Position numbers and translations under genes: made by a program
Notes under the pieces: model-generated
Databases searched by the model: none
What the model was told of the DNA's origin: nothing
The model's input: the letters and a program-made list of their open reading frames with translations, nothing else
Assembly: GCA_963813335.1 (NCBI GenBank)
Contig: CAWEYL010000007.1
Location: 1 to 64,000, forward strand
Reading direction: 5' to 3'
Origin: an uncultured Chloroflexia bacterium
GTDB taxonomy: Bacteria > Chloroflexota > Limnocylindria > Limnocylindrales > CSP1-4
Length of the DNA stretch: 64,000 nt
Part shown: piece by piece, positions 9,251 through 18,988 of the stretch
How positions within the stretch are numbered: position 1 is the first letter of the stretch
Layout of the letters: each line of letters opens with the position of its first letter

Positions 9251-10749
9251 ATGGCTTCGCCGAAGGAGATCCTCCGGATCGGCGACCGCGAGGTCGCGAT
9301 CTCGAATCCCGCCAAGGTCTACTTCCCCGAGACGGGCTACACCAAGCTCGACCTGGTGCAGTACTACCTCGCCGTCGCCGACGGCGCGCTGCGCGGCGTC
9401 CAGGGACGGCCGATGGCGCTCAAGCGCTTCGTCGACGGGGCCGCCGGCGAGGCGTTCTTCCAGAAGCGGGCGCCGGACAACCGGCCCGACTGGATCCGGA
9501 CGGCCGAGCTGACCTTCCCGTCCGGGCGGACCGCCGACGAGATCGTGCTCGACGAGCCGGCCGGGCTGGCCTGGGTCGCCAACCTCGGCTGCATCGACCT
9601 GAACCCGCACCCGGTCCGCGCCGACGACCTCGACCACCCGGACGAGCTGCGGGTGGACCTGGACCCCGTGCCGGGCGTGCCGTGGTCGCAGATCCGCGAG
9701 GTCGCGCTCGGCTGCCGCGAGGCGCTCGAGGCGGTCGGGCTGGTCGGCTGGCCGAAGACGTCCGGCTCGCGCGGCATCCACATCAACGTCCGCATCGAGC
9801 GGCGCTGGACGTACCCGGAGGTCCGCCGTGCCGCCCTGGCGCTGGCCCGCGACGTCGAGCGGCGGATGCCCGGCGCGGCGACGTCGAAGTGGTGGAAGGA
9901 GGAGCGCCACGGCGTCTTCCTCGACTACAACCAGAACGCCAAGGACCGGACGGTGGCCTCCGCCTACTCCGTCCGGCCGCTGCCCGATGCGCGGGTCTCG
10001 ACGCCGCTGTCCTGGGACGAGGTGCCGACCGTCGAGGCCGAGGCGTTCACGCTCGCGACGGTGCCGGCGCGGTACGCCGAGATCGGCGACCCCGGTGCCG
10101 GGATCGACGAAGCCGTCGGGTCGCTCGAGGGACTGCTCGAGCTCAGCCGGCAGCACGAGGCGGAGGGGCAGGGCGACGCCCCGTGGCCGCCGAACTACGC
10201 GAAGCAGGCCGGCGAGCCGCCGCGGGTCCAGCCGTCGAAGGCGCGCAAGAAGGCCGACGAGTACGAGCCCGGCCGCGGCGAGGCCGGCGGTCCGCCGCCC
10301 GAGGTCGCCGCCGAACGCGCGGCCGCGGTCGCCGCGGGCGACCCGAACGCCGGGCTGCCCACCGAATGGGCCGGCTCGCGCCCGACGCCGACGGGCCGGC
10401 GCAAGACGTCGATCCCGGTCATCGAGATCGCGCGGGCGAGCCACGAAGGCCGAGGCGCTCGAGGGCCTCGAGCGCTGGAAGGCACGCCATCCGGGGGTCG
10501 CGGCGCTGCTCGGAGCCCGCGGACGTGCTGGTCGACGGGATGCGCGGCCGCTCGTCGCTCTGGTACCGCGTCCGGGTCAACCTCATCCACGTCCCCGAGG
10601 CGGACCGACCCGCGCAGGCCGAGCTCGAGGTCGACTACGACCCGTGGGCCGGCTACGAATGGCCGGACCGTGCCGGCCAGCTCGAGCGAGCGCCGCGGAC
10701 GAAGACGTCGAAGGCGGCTGAGGCGCCGCCCGTCGAGCCCGAGGCGTAG
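9251..10749 (+). CDS. LigD-type primase-polymerase (Prim-PolC-like) with C-terminal extension; two apparent +1 frameshifts near 10439 and 10513
   Basis: ISNPAKVYFP, FFQKRAP, PDELRVDLDP, KTSGSRGIH, FLDYNQNA and AYSVR; the tail KAEALEGLERWKARHP...VLVDGMRGRSS continues in shifted frames. Confidence 0.88.
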
Positions 10750-10781
10750 ACCGGCGTCCGTCGCGGGCGCATCGGCCCGGA

Positions 10782-10967
10782 ACCCGGCACAACGACCACC
10801 CACAGAACGGTATGGCCGATATCGAGCCGTCGATGACGGGTGGCGACGCCAGGCGGTCCTCGCACGATCATGATCCGTGCACGGGCCGGCCGTGCCGACT
10901 CGAGGCCCTGACTGGAGGGCATGGGCCGACCGGCCATACGGCTCTGTGGATGGGAATCCTGCCGGGT
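10782..10967. repeat. Long imperfect inverted repeat (REP/MITE-like element or structured RNA) between convergent genes
   Basis: Nested arm pairs ACCCGGCA/TGCCGGGT, CCACAGA/TCTGTGG and GTATGGCCG/CGGCCATAC. Confidence 0.5.
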
Positions 10968-11041
10968 CGTGGCGGCTGGGTCAGGTGGGTCCGGATGGAC
11001 CGGACGCCCGACGGTGGCGAGGAACGCCGATGCACGCGTGC

Positions 11042-12063
11042 CTAGGCTGGCGCCCCCGTGGCGGCCACGATCGCCCGTGTGAGCCGATCCGTCCTGAGCG
11101 CGTCGGCATAGGTACACAGCACGCGCGACGGGTCGCGGCCCTCCACCGCGTCGAGGAACGCCTCGGCCTGGACCTCGTACGGGTCGCGGGCGGCGCGCCG
11201 CTCGAGGCGCGGCGCCGTCGCCCTGGAAGCGCGACCACCCACCGCCGTGGATCGCCGGTCGGCCCGTCCATCTGCTCGAGCGCCAGCGTCGTCATCAGCC
11301 CGTCCGAGGCGATCGCCAGCTCGATGATCGGCGTCACGATCCGCCGCGTCGTCGTGAACTCGCCGATCGCGCCGGTCGCGAAGCGAAGGGTCGCCGCGGT
11401 CGCGTCGGCCACTTCGACCTCGGGCGGCGAGGCGGCGCGGTCGTAGGTCGACGTCGCCCCGATCACCTCGGCCTCGCCCACGAGATGTCGTGCGAGGTCC
11501 AGGAGATGGGTCGCCTGCTCGATGACCTGGCCGCCGCCCTGGTCGATCCGGCCCCACCAGTAGGGCAACGGGGTGTCGCCCAGCCAGCGAGCGCTGACGA
11601 GGCGCGCCGGCCGCTCGGCGAGCCGCTCGCGGATCTCGGGGAGCAGGTCGAGCCCGCGCCAGTGATAGCCGACGGCGACCACCAGCCCGGCGGCGTCGAT
11701 CGCCGCGGCGACCCGCACGGGACCATCGGCATCCGCGGCGGCCAGCGGCTTCTCGACGAGGAATGGGACGCCTCGTTCGACGAGTCGCTCGCAGATGGCG
11801 ACCGAGCGATGCGGCGGCACGCAGACGTACACGACGTCCGGATGCCCCTCGTCCAGCATCGCGTCGATGTCGTCGAACGGCCGCCCGCCCCAAGCCGCGG
11901 CAGTCTCGCCGGCGGCCTCGAGGGTCCGCGACACCACGCCCACCAGCTCCGTGCGGTCCAGCCGCGCGAGGTCGGCCAGATGGGTCTTCGCGATCCACCC
12001 GGTCCCGACGATGCCGAGTCGGAGGCGAGGGCCGGTCCTCCGCGAGCCGCCGCTATCGGCCAT
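11042..12063 (-). CDS. Gfo/Idh/MocA family oxidoreductase; apparent frameshift near 11210-11240
   Basis: GIVGTGWIA, VEKPLA and GGGQVIEQATHLLD; the C-terminus DPYEVQAEAFLDAV..YADALRT lies in another frame. Confidence 0.88.
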
Positions 12064-12638
12064 CAGGCGGCCGCGCCCGTCGCCAGAGTGGGTGCCGTGT
12101 CATCGGTCGGCAACCGTCCCACGAGACCCGCCACCATCGCGACGCCGATCACGACGGCCCAGAGCATCGCCAGCGGCAGCTTGGCACCGCCGACGATCCC
12201 GTAGACGTCGGCTGGCACGATCACACCCGACGACTCGGGGAACGTGACCGCGACATCGCCGAGCGCGGCGAGCCCCACGACGAACGTGAAGAGCGCGAAC
12301 GCCCGATGGCCGGGCCAGAGCGCCACCCCCAGGCCCAGCCACCAGATCACCGAGAGCCCGATCCACGACCACTCCGGGATCGACGCCATGCCAGCACCGA
12401 TGCCCGCGGCCCAGGCCGTCAGCGACGCCACCCCGCAGACGGTCGCGACGATCGCCGCCACGGGTGCGCGGCGCGCCAGGGAGACCCCGAGGACGAGTGC
12501 GGCAGGGATCAGCAGCACGTTCCAGGCGAGGACCAGGCGGTCCTCCGTGATCCCGAACCCGTCGAGGAAGAACGACCCGAACTGGAGTACGCCGGAGACG
12601 ATCGCCGCGGCGCCCGCGAGGACCGTCACGAACCTCAC
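12063..12638 (-). CDS. Hypothetical integral membrane protein
   Basis: About six hydrophobic segments; GTG start overlaps the ligase stop. Confidence 0.65.
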   Translation of the reverse strand: MRFVTVLAGAAAIVSGVLQFGSFFLDGFGITEDRLVLAWNVLLIPAALVLGVSLARRAPVAAIVATVCGVASLTAWAAGIGAGMASIPEWSWIGLSVIWWLGLGVALWPGHRAFALFTFVVGLAALGDVAVTFPESSGVIVPADVYGIVGGAKLPLAMLWAVVIGVAMVAGLVGRLPTDDTAPTLATGAAA

Positions 12639-13729
12639 GCGCCGAAGATCCGGGCGATCTCGAACGCCGCGGTCTCCTCGAGCTGGTCGTAGCGGCAGTC
12701 GGCCGGGGACTTGTCCGGTCGCCAGCGCTTGAACGTCGTGGCGTGCCGGAACCGGTCGCCCTGGAGGTGGTCGTAGGCGACCTCGGCCACGCGTTCCGCG
12801 CGCAGCGGCTCCCACGAGAGGTCCTTGCCGCGGTTCCAGCGCGAGGTGGCGCCGGGCAGCCGCTGCCCGGACGCATCGGCCTCGCCGTAGCCCGCCCACG
12901 CCGCCCATTCGCGCCACGGGTGGTCGTCCAGCGCGTGCTCGCGCAGCGGCGCGAGCTCCTCGGCGAGCTCGGCGCGGCGGTCCCAGGTGAACGACGAGGT
13001 GATGCCGACGTGGTTCAGCTTGCCGTCGCCGTCGAACAGCCCCAGCAGCAGGGACCCGATGTGGGTCCCCGGGCCGTTCTTGTGCCAGCGGAACCCAGCG
13101 ACCACGCAGTCGGCCGTCCGCTGGTGCTTGATCTTGAGCATCGCCCGCTTGCCCGGCTGGTAGGGCGCATCGAGCCGCTTCGCGACGACCCCGTCGAGGC
13201 CCGCCCCCTCGAACCGGTCGAACCAGTCCGCGGCGGTGGCGCGATCGAGCGTGGCCGGGGTCAGGTGGACCGGCGGCGGCGCCGACCCGAGCACCGCCTC
13301 CAGCCGCGCCCGTCGCTCGCCCTGCGGGGTCGCACGCAGGTCCTCGTCGCCGAGCGCCAGCAGGTCCCACGCGACGAAGCTCGCCGGCGACTCCGCCGCG
13401 AGCATCTTCACCCGCGACGCGGCCGGGTGGATGCGCAGGAGCAGGAGCTCGAACTGGAGCGCACCGTCGCGCGAGATGACGATCTCGCCATCGAGGACGC
13501 AGCGCTCCGGGATGGCGGCCCTGAGCGGGTCGGCCAGCTCGGGGAAGTAGCGGTCGAGCGGCTTGAGGTCGCGCGACTGCGTGTAGATCTCGTCGCCGTC
13601 GCGGAAGACGATCGCCCGGAAGCCGTCCCACTTCGGCTCGAAGAGCCAGCCGTCGCCGGTCGGCAACCCGTCGGATGCCTTCGCCAGCATCGGCTCGACC
13701 GGTGGCAGGACGGGAAGGTGGAGGGGCAT
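12635..13729 (-). CDS. ligC: ATP-dependent DNA ligase, LigC type
   Basis: EPKWDGFR adenylation motif, VLDGEI, GLDGVVAK, KIKHQRTADCVVAG and DHLQGDRFRH; 364 aa minimal ligase. Confidence 0.92.
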   Translation of the reverse strand: MPLHLPVLPPVEPMLAKASDGLPTGDGWLFEPKWDGFRAIVFRDGDEIYTQSRDLKPLDRYFPELADPLRAAIPERCVLDGEIVISRDGALQFELLLLRIHPAASRVKMLAAESPASFVAWDLLALGDEDLRATPQGERRARLEAVLGSAPPPVHLTPATLDRATAADWFDRFEGAGLDGVVAKRLDAPYQPGKRAMLKIKHQRTADCVVAGFRWHKNGPGTHIGSLLLGLFDGDGKLNHVGITSSFTWDRRAELAEELAPLREHALDDHPWREWAAWAGYGEADASGQRLPGATSRWNRGKDLSWEPLRAERVAEVAYDHLQGDRFRHATTFKRWRPDKSPADCRYDQLEETAAFEIARIFGA

Positions 13730-13847
13730 GCCGCGAGTCTACGCGGGCGACCGCGGTGGAACTGCGTCAGGCGGCCGGGCGTCAACGCGCCGCGGCGCGA
13801 GCACCCTGCACGCGCCCGGCTATCGAGGCCTTTGGAGGGCTCGAGCG

Positions 13848-14858
13848 ATGCAGATCCACCAACGCGCGGGCGGACGGCGCCCGCTGATCGCCTGGCTATC
13901 CCTGATGACGCTCGTTCTGGTCGTGGCGGCCTGTTCGAGCTCCGGTGCGGCGAGTCCCGTCGGTGAGAACGGCGGGGCCACCAGGGACCAGCTGGCTGGG
14001 TACCCATCCGCCGCGCCGAGCGCGGCGAGCGCGGCCGGCGCGCCCCAGCCCGGAACGACCGACGGCCAGCCCGGGGGCGGCGATGCCGTGGGCCTGGTCG
14101 ATGACGCCAAGATCGTGCGGACCGGTTCGATGGTCCTCGACGTGGCCGATGTCGCCAAGGCCGTCGCGACCGCCCGCGACGCCATCCGCGGCATGGGCGG
14201 CTACGTCGGCGCCTCGAACACGAGCAACCAGGACGACCAGCCGGTGGCGTCCGTCACGTACCGGATTCCCGTCGACCGCTGGGAGGACGCGCTCGCGGCC
14301 CTGCGCAGCCTCAACGGCCAGACGACGAAGGTCGTCACCGAGGAGACGGCCGCGGTCGAGGTGACCGGTCAGATCGTGGACCTCCAGGCGCGGATCCGGA
14401 ACCTGCAGGCGAGCGAGACGGCGCTGCAGGCGATCGCCCTCAAGGCCGTCAAGATCTCGGACGTGCTCGAGGTGCAGGCCCAGCTCACCGACGTCCGCGG
14501 CCAGATCGAGGTGCTGACCGCGCAGTTGAAGGACCTCGGCGATCGGGCGGCCTATGCGACCCTGGCGGTCCAGTTCGGGACCCCGGTCGTCGCCGTCGAG
14601 GCGGCCAAGAAGGACTGGGATCCGGCGACCGTCGTGGACGAGGCTGCGGCGACCATGGTCGGGGTGCTGCAGGGCCTGGCCGGGGCCGGGATCTGGTTCG
14701 CCATCGTCTGGCTGCCGATCCTGCTCGTGCTGGCCGTCGTGGTGCTGGCCGCTGCGTGGGTCATCCGACGGACCGGCCTGACCGGGCGGCGGCTCCCGCC
14801 GCCGCCGAGCGCGCCGGCCGCCCCACCCCCACCGCCCGACCCGATCGGCGCGGCCTGA
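13848..14858 (+). CDS. DUF4349 domain lipoprotein with C-terminal TM helix
   Basis: Lipobox VAAC; KIVRTGS, GGYV and EVTGQIVDLQARI coiled-coil; GGAGG RBS. Confidence 0.85.
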   Translation: MQIHQRAGGRRPLIAWLSLMTLVLVVAACSSSGAASPVGENGGATRDQLAGYPSAAPSAASAAGAPQPGTTDGQPGGGDAVGLVDDAKIVRTGSMVLDVADVAKAVATARDAIRGMGGYVGASNTSNQDDQPVASVTYRIPVDRWEDALAALRSLNGQTTKVVTEETAAVEVTGQIVDLQARIRNLQASETALQAIALKAVKISDVLEVQAQLTDVRGQIEVLTAQLKDLGDRAAYATLAVQFGTPVVAVEAAKKDWDPATVVDEAAATMVGVLQGLAGAGIWFAIVWLPILLVLAVVVLAAAWVIRRTGLTGRRLPPPPSAPAAPPPPPDPIGAA

Positions 14859-14878
14859 GGGATCTGCCTCGGCCGGGC

Positions 14879-16387
14879 TCACGGGACGAGCGTGTCGAGT
14901 GCGCTTCGCGCCCGTTCCCGGCCGAGGTTCCATGCGACGACCCCGACGTACGACGGGTCCGTCGCCAGTTCGACCTGGCGGGTCCGCAGGATACGGTCCA
15001 CCTGGGCCGCCACGTCAGCGGGCAGTCGCGGCATCGCCTCGACGAGCACCGGGATGGCGTCGTCGGGCAGCACCGCGAGGTAGTCCGTGTCCAGCCCGGC
15101 GTGGCCGTCCGGCGGGACCAGCGACGGGTCGATGACGCGCGCCACGTTCTGGCTCGCCACGAACGCCGCCGGCGCGACCAGGTTCAACGCGACGAGCGAG
15201 CAGACCCCGAGGACCGCCAGCGTGTGCGGGATCCAGCGGCTGCGGTCGGCGAGGACCAGCGCCCCCATCGCCGCGAGGCCCAGCCCGATCGTGACGATCG
15301 CGGCCATGACGTAGAGCCGGAGCTCGGTCCAGCCATAGGCGTCCTGGTACAGGCGCAGCCGGAGCGCGGCCGACGCGAGCACGACCCCGGTGAGGGCGAT
15401 CAACGCGACGAGGGCCGCGAGGTACGGGCGACTCCGGCGCACGACGGTCGACTCCAGGACGATGACGATGACCGACGCGAGGCAGGCCGCGGCCACGAGC
15501 TCGAAGAACCCGCGCCTCGCGTAGTCCGCGTAGGCCATCCCGTTCGCCGCCCGGCCCCCGAAGAGATAGGCGAACTGGAGACCCACGAACAGGCCGATCA
15601 CGAGGTCGACCAGTGCCAGGATGACCAGCGCCTCGGGCAGGCCGAGGATGCGCGTGTCGGGCGTGAGCGCCGTGCGGCTCGCGGCACCGAGCGACGCGGT
15701 CTCGAACGGCGGGATCCCGCGGGCCGAGACCGAGACGACGCCGGCCGCCAGCCAGCCCGCCGCGACGATGAACAGGAGTCGGCCCGGCAACCCGCCGAGG
15801 TCGACGCGGAACCCGAGGACCGTGCCCAGCGCCCGGCTGAAGACCGGGTCGGCCGACGCGAACAGGACCGCGAAGATCAGGGCGAGCGGGACGGCGACCA
15901 CCAGGCCGCGCGCCACGGCGTACGACCACTCCGGGAGCCGGTGCGGTTCGCCGCCGGGCGCGGGACGGGCGTCCATGACCGCCCGGACCGGCTCCGCGAC
16001 GGCCGAGCCGATCACCCAGGCGCCCATCGCGGCGATCACCGACGCCGTCCGGCGCGTGACGGCCAGCCCCGAGAACGCCGCGGCGGACGCGCCGCAGCAG
16101 GCGAGCGCCACCATCGAGTCGAGGACGGCGAGGAACGGGTCGCCGCGGACCGCCACGAAGAGGGCCAGCACCACGGCGCTCACCGGCAGCCACGCATCGA
16201 GCGGGTCCGGCGCGCGGCCCGGCCGGCGCACGAGCCACGCGGCCGCGAGGAGGCCGATCGTGCCGATCGCCACGTTGATGCCGAAGGCGCGACCGTCGAA
16301 CAAGAGCTCAGCGAGCAGCCCGAGGGCCAGGCCGGTAGCGAGCAGACGGCGCGCGAGGACGCGGTCGGCCGGGGGCGTGGTGGGCAT
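14879..16387 (-). CDS. DUF4173/DUF4153 family multi-pass membrane protein
   Basis: LFASADPVF, QFAYLFGG, YADYARRGFFEL and RL.LY..AYG.TELR motifs. Confidence 0.88.
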   Translation of the reverse strand: MPTTPPADRVLARRLLATGLALGLLAELLFDGRAFGINVAIGTIGLLAAAWLVRRPGRAPDPLDAWLPVSAVVLALFVAVRGDPFLAVLDSMVALACCGASAAAFSGLAVTRRTASVIAAMGAWVIGSAVAEPVRAVMDARPAPGGEPHRLPEWSYAVARGLVVAVPLALIFAVLFASADPVFSRALGTVLGFRVDLGGLPGRLLFIVAAGWLAAGVVSVSARGIPPFETASLGAASRTALTPDTRILGLPEALVILALVDLVIGLFVGLQFAYLFGGRAANGMAYADYARRGFFELVAAACLASVIVIVLESTVVRRSRPYLAALVALIALTGVVLASAALRLRLYQDAYGWTELRLYVMAAIVTIGLGLAAMGALVLADRSRWIPHTLAVLGVCSLVALNLVAPAAFVASQNVARVIDPSLVPPDGHAGLDTDYLAVLPDDAIPVLVEAMPRLPADVAAQVDRILRTRQVELATDPSYVGVVAWNLGRERARSALDTLVP

Positions 16388-16529
16388 CGGATGGGACCCT
16401 CCGAAATTGGCCGGTCGGTCGGGCTGCACGACCCCGGCGGTCGGGTCTCGGACGATGCGCGCCCGGGTCGTGTGTCGCCCCGTCGCGCCGGACGCCGAGG
16501 CGGCCGGTCCGCGTGGCACCATGCCGGAC

Positions 16530-17348
16530 ATGACGGACCAGGGCGAGCGCTACGACCGGATCGCCGCGGGCTACGCGCGCTGGTGGGCGCCCGTGCTCGC
16601 ACCGGCGGTCATCGCCTTGCTCGAGCGGCTCGGGCCTGACGGGATGCCTCGCGACGCCCGCGTCGTCGACGTCGGGACCGGGACCGGCCAGCTCGCGATC
16701 GCGGCCATCGAGCGCTGGCCGTCGATCACCGTCGACGGGATCGACGTCTCGGCGGAGATGCGCGCGGCCGCCGACGCCGAGGCCGACCGGCGCCTTGCCC
16801 CGATGGTCCGCGGCCGCTTCCGAACCAGCGTGGCGACCGCCGACCGCCTGCCGTTCGACGACGGCGCCTTCGACCTCGCCCTGTCATCGTTCGTGCTCCA
16901 GCTGGTCCCGAACCGGCATCGAGCCCTGCGCGACGTCCGGCGCGTGCTCCGCCCGGGCGGCGCGTTCGCCTCGGTCACCTGGGTCGCGGGCCGGGTCGTC
17001 TTCGCACCGGATGACGCGTTCGACGACGCCCTCGAGGCGGTCGGCGAGGAGCCGCGCTGGTCGGACGGGCGCTCGGGCGACTTCGAGACCGCCGAGGCCG
17101 CGCTCCACGAATACCGCCGCGCCGGGTTCTCGGGCGTCGACATCGAGCCGGGCCTCGTCGAGCACCGGTTCGGCGTCGACGACTACCTCGCGTTCATGAC
17201 CGAGTTCGACGAGGAGACGCTGATCGCGGAGCTGGACGACGACATCCGCGAGCGCTTCCTCGGGGACCTGCGCGCGCGTCTCGCCAGGCTCACGCCCGAG
17301 CAGCTGACGCTGCGGCTGCCGATCGTGTACGCCGTCGGCCGGCGCTGA
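16530..17348 (+). CDS. Class I SAM-dependent methyltransferase (UbiE-like)
   Basis: VVDVGTGTG, LPFDDGAFDL and RVLRPGG; start at 16521 or 16530. Confidence 0.88.
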   Translation: MTDQGERYDRIAAGYARWWAPVLAPAVIALLERLGPDGMPRDARVVDVGTGTGQLAIAAIERWPSITVDGIDVSAEMRAAADAEADRRLAPMVRGRFRTSVATADRLPFDDGAFDLALSSFVLQLVPNRHRALRDVRRVLRPGGAFASVTWVAGRVVFAPDDAFDDALEAVGEEPRWSDGRSGDFETAEAALHEYRRAGFSGVDIEPGLVEHRFGVDDYLAFMTEFDEETLIAELDDDIRERFLGDLRARLARLTPEQLTLRLPIVYAVGRR

Positions 17349-17365
17349 ACCCGGAGGACGGACCG

Positions 17366-17401
17366 ATGCTGTTCATGATCATCGAGCACTACCGCGGCGA
17401 G
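17366..17401 (+). pseudogene. Possible remnant N-terminus of a DUF3303-like gene
   Basis: GGAGG RBS and MLFMIIEHYR, after which the frame runs into the antisense of rplY. Confidence 0.4.
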
Positions 17402-17433
17402 GGTCGGACCGGCGCGCTGACGCGCCGGGGACG

Positions 17434-18123
17434 TCAGCCGGCGTCGCCCTCGTCGCTCGACGATTCGCCGGCGGACTCGCCAGCGGCGCCCTCGGCCGCA
17501 GCAGCCTCGCCGCCCTCGGCCTCCTCGCCCTCGGCGACCACCGGGGCCTCCTCGATCTCGACGCGCGGCGCCTGGACCTTGGCGATGATCTCGTCGCCGT
17601 CGGTCACGAGGGTCACGTCCTCGGGGATCGTGAGATCGCGGACGTGGAGCGTGGTATCGAAGTCGACCAGCGACTCGACCGCGTAGGTGATGGACTCGGG
17701 CAGGTGATCGGGCAGCGCGCGGACCTTGACGCTCTCGGTCGGGTGGAGGAGGGTGCCCCCGCCGACCTCGACCGCCGGCGCGATGCCGGTGGCGACGAGC
17801 GGCACGTCGACCGTCAGCTCCTCGGTCATCTTGACCAGGAACAGGTCGACATGGAGCGTGCGGCGGTTGACCGGGTGGACCTGGACCCCGTTGACGAGGA
17901 CCGGGCGCGACTTGCCACCGTCGACGCTCAGGTCGATCAAGGTGTTGCCGCTGGTGTGCCGGCGCAGCTGCTCGAACTCGTGCGCGTCGACCGTCACGTT
18001 CGCGGAGCCTTCGCCGTGCCCATAGACCACGGCCGGCAGCTTGCCGTCGTGGCGAAGGCGGCTGACGGCCTTGCCGGTGATGTCGCGGTGCGTGGCGACC
18101 AACGTCGGTCGGGCAGTGGCCAT
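17434..18123 (-). CDS. rplY: 50S ribosomal protein L25 / general stress protein Ctc
   Basis: GK..SRLR..GKLPAVVYG, VQVHPV...LHVD, and an acidic tail. Confidence 0.95.
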   Translation of the reverse strand: MATARPTLVATHRDITGKAVSRLRHDGKLPAVVYGHGEGSANVTVDAHEFEQLRRHTSGNTLIDLSVDGGKSRPVLVNGVQVHPVNRRTLHVDLFLVKMTEELTVDVPLVATGIAPAVEVGGGTLLHPTESVKVRALPDHLPESITYAVESLVDFDTTLHVRDLTIPEDVTLVTDGDEIIAKVQAPRVEIEEAPVVAEGEEAEGGEAAAAEGAAGESAGESSSDEGDAG

Positions 18124-18289
18124 TCGGAAGGGACCTCAGGACTCGGGTGGTGGTGGTTCGTCGGTGCCGGGCTGCGGCTCGCCGGCGGGGCCGGTTCGGC
18201 GGAGGCGCCCGGGTGCGGGCCGTACCTTACCACGAGGCCCCGTCGGCGGGCCAACGGGCACTCACGGCCGCGCGGTGTAGCATCGCCGC

Positions 18290-18988
18290 GTGGCAGCCAC
18301 CATCCTCATCGTCGAAGACGAGCACGCGGTCGCGCGCGGCATCCAGTACGCCCTCCAGCAGGAGGGGTACGAGGTCGCCGTGGCCCGCTCCGGGGAAGAG
18401 GGCCTCGAGATCGCGGTCGACCAGGCCCCGGACCTCGTGGTGCTCGACGTCCGCCTGCCCGGCATCGACGGGTTCGAGGTCCTGCGCCGCGTCCGGGCGG
18501 CGGGCGCCAAGATGCCGATCCTGGTGCTCACGGCCCGCGACGACGAGGTCGACAAGGTCATCGGGCTGGAGCTCGGCGCCGACGACTACCTGACGAAGCC
18601 GTTCGGGCTGCGCGAGCTGATGAGCCGGATCAAGGCGCTGCTGCGCCGGTCCTACGGCGACCTCGCGGACGCGAGCGGCGGCCGGGTGATCCGCCACAAG
18701 GACCTGATCATCGACCTCGAGCGGCGACGGGTCCAGCGCGGCGCCAACCGGATCAGCCTGACCCCGACCGAGTTCGAGATCCTGCGCCACCTGGCCTCGC
18801 GGCCGGGCCGCGTCTACACGCGCTCCGAGCTGCTCGAGCTGCTGCGCGACTACGAGGCGCTCGACCAGGACGAGAAGACCATCAACGTCCACGTCAGCCA
18901 TCTGCGCGACAAGATCGAGGACGACCCGGCGATGCCCGCGTTCGTCCTGACGGTGCGGGGTGTCGGCTACGCCTTCGCCGAGCGCTGA
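18290..18988 (+). CDS. OmpR/PhoB family response regulator
   Basis: ILIVEDE, LDVRLP, GADDYLTKPF, LTPTEF and TVRGVGY. Confidence 0.96.
   Translation: MAATILIVEDEHAVARGIQYALQQEGYEVAVARSGEEGLEIAVDQAPDLVVLDVRLPGIDGFEVLRRVRAAGAKMPILVLTARDDEVDKVIGLELGADDYLTKPFGLRELMSRIKALLRRSYGDLADASGGRVIRHKDLIIDLERRRVQRGANRISLTPTEFEILRHLASRPGRVYTRSELLELLRDYEALDQDEKTINVHVSHLRDKIEDDPAMPAFVLTVRGVGYAFAER

Noticed and set aside
9251-13729. Complete NHEJ (Ku-LigD) system
   Set aside because: No ku gene and no phosphoesterase domain are present; the pair better matches Prim-PolC/LigC
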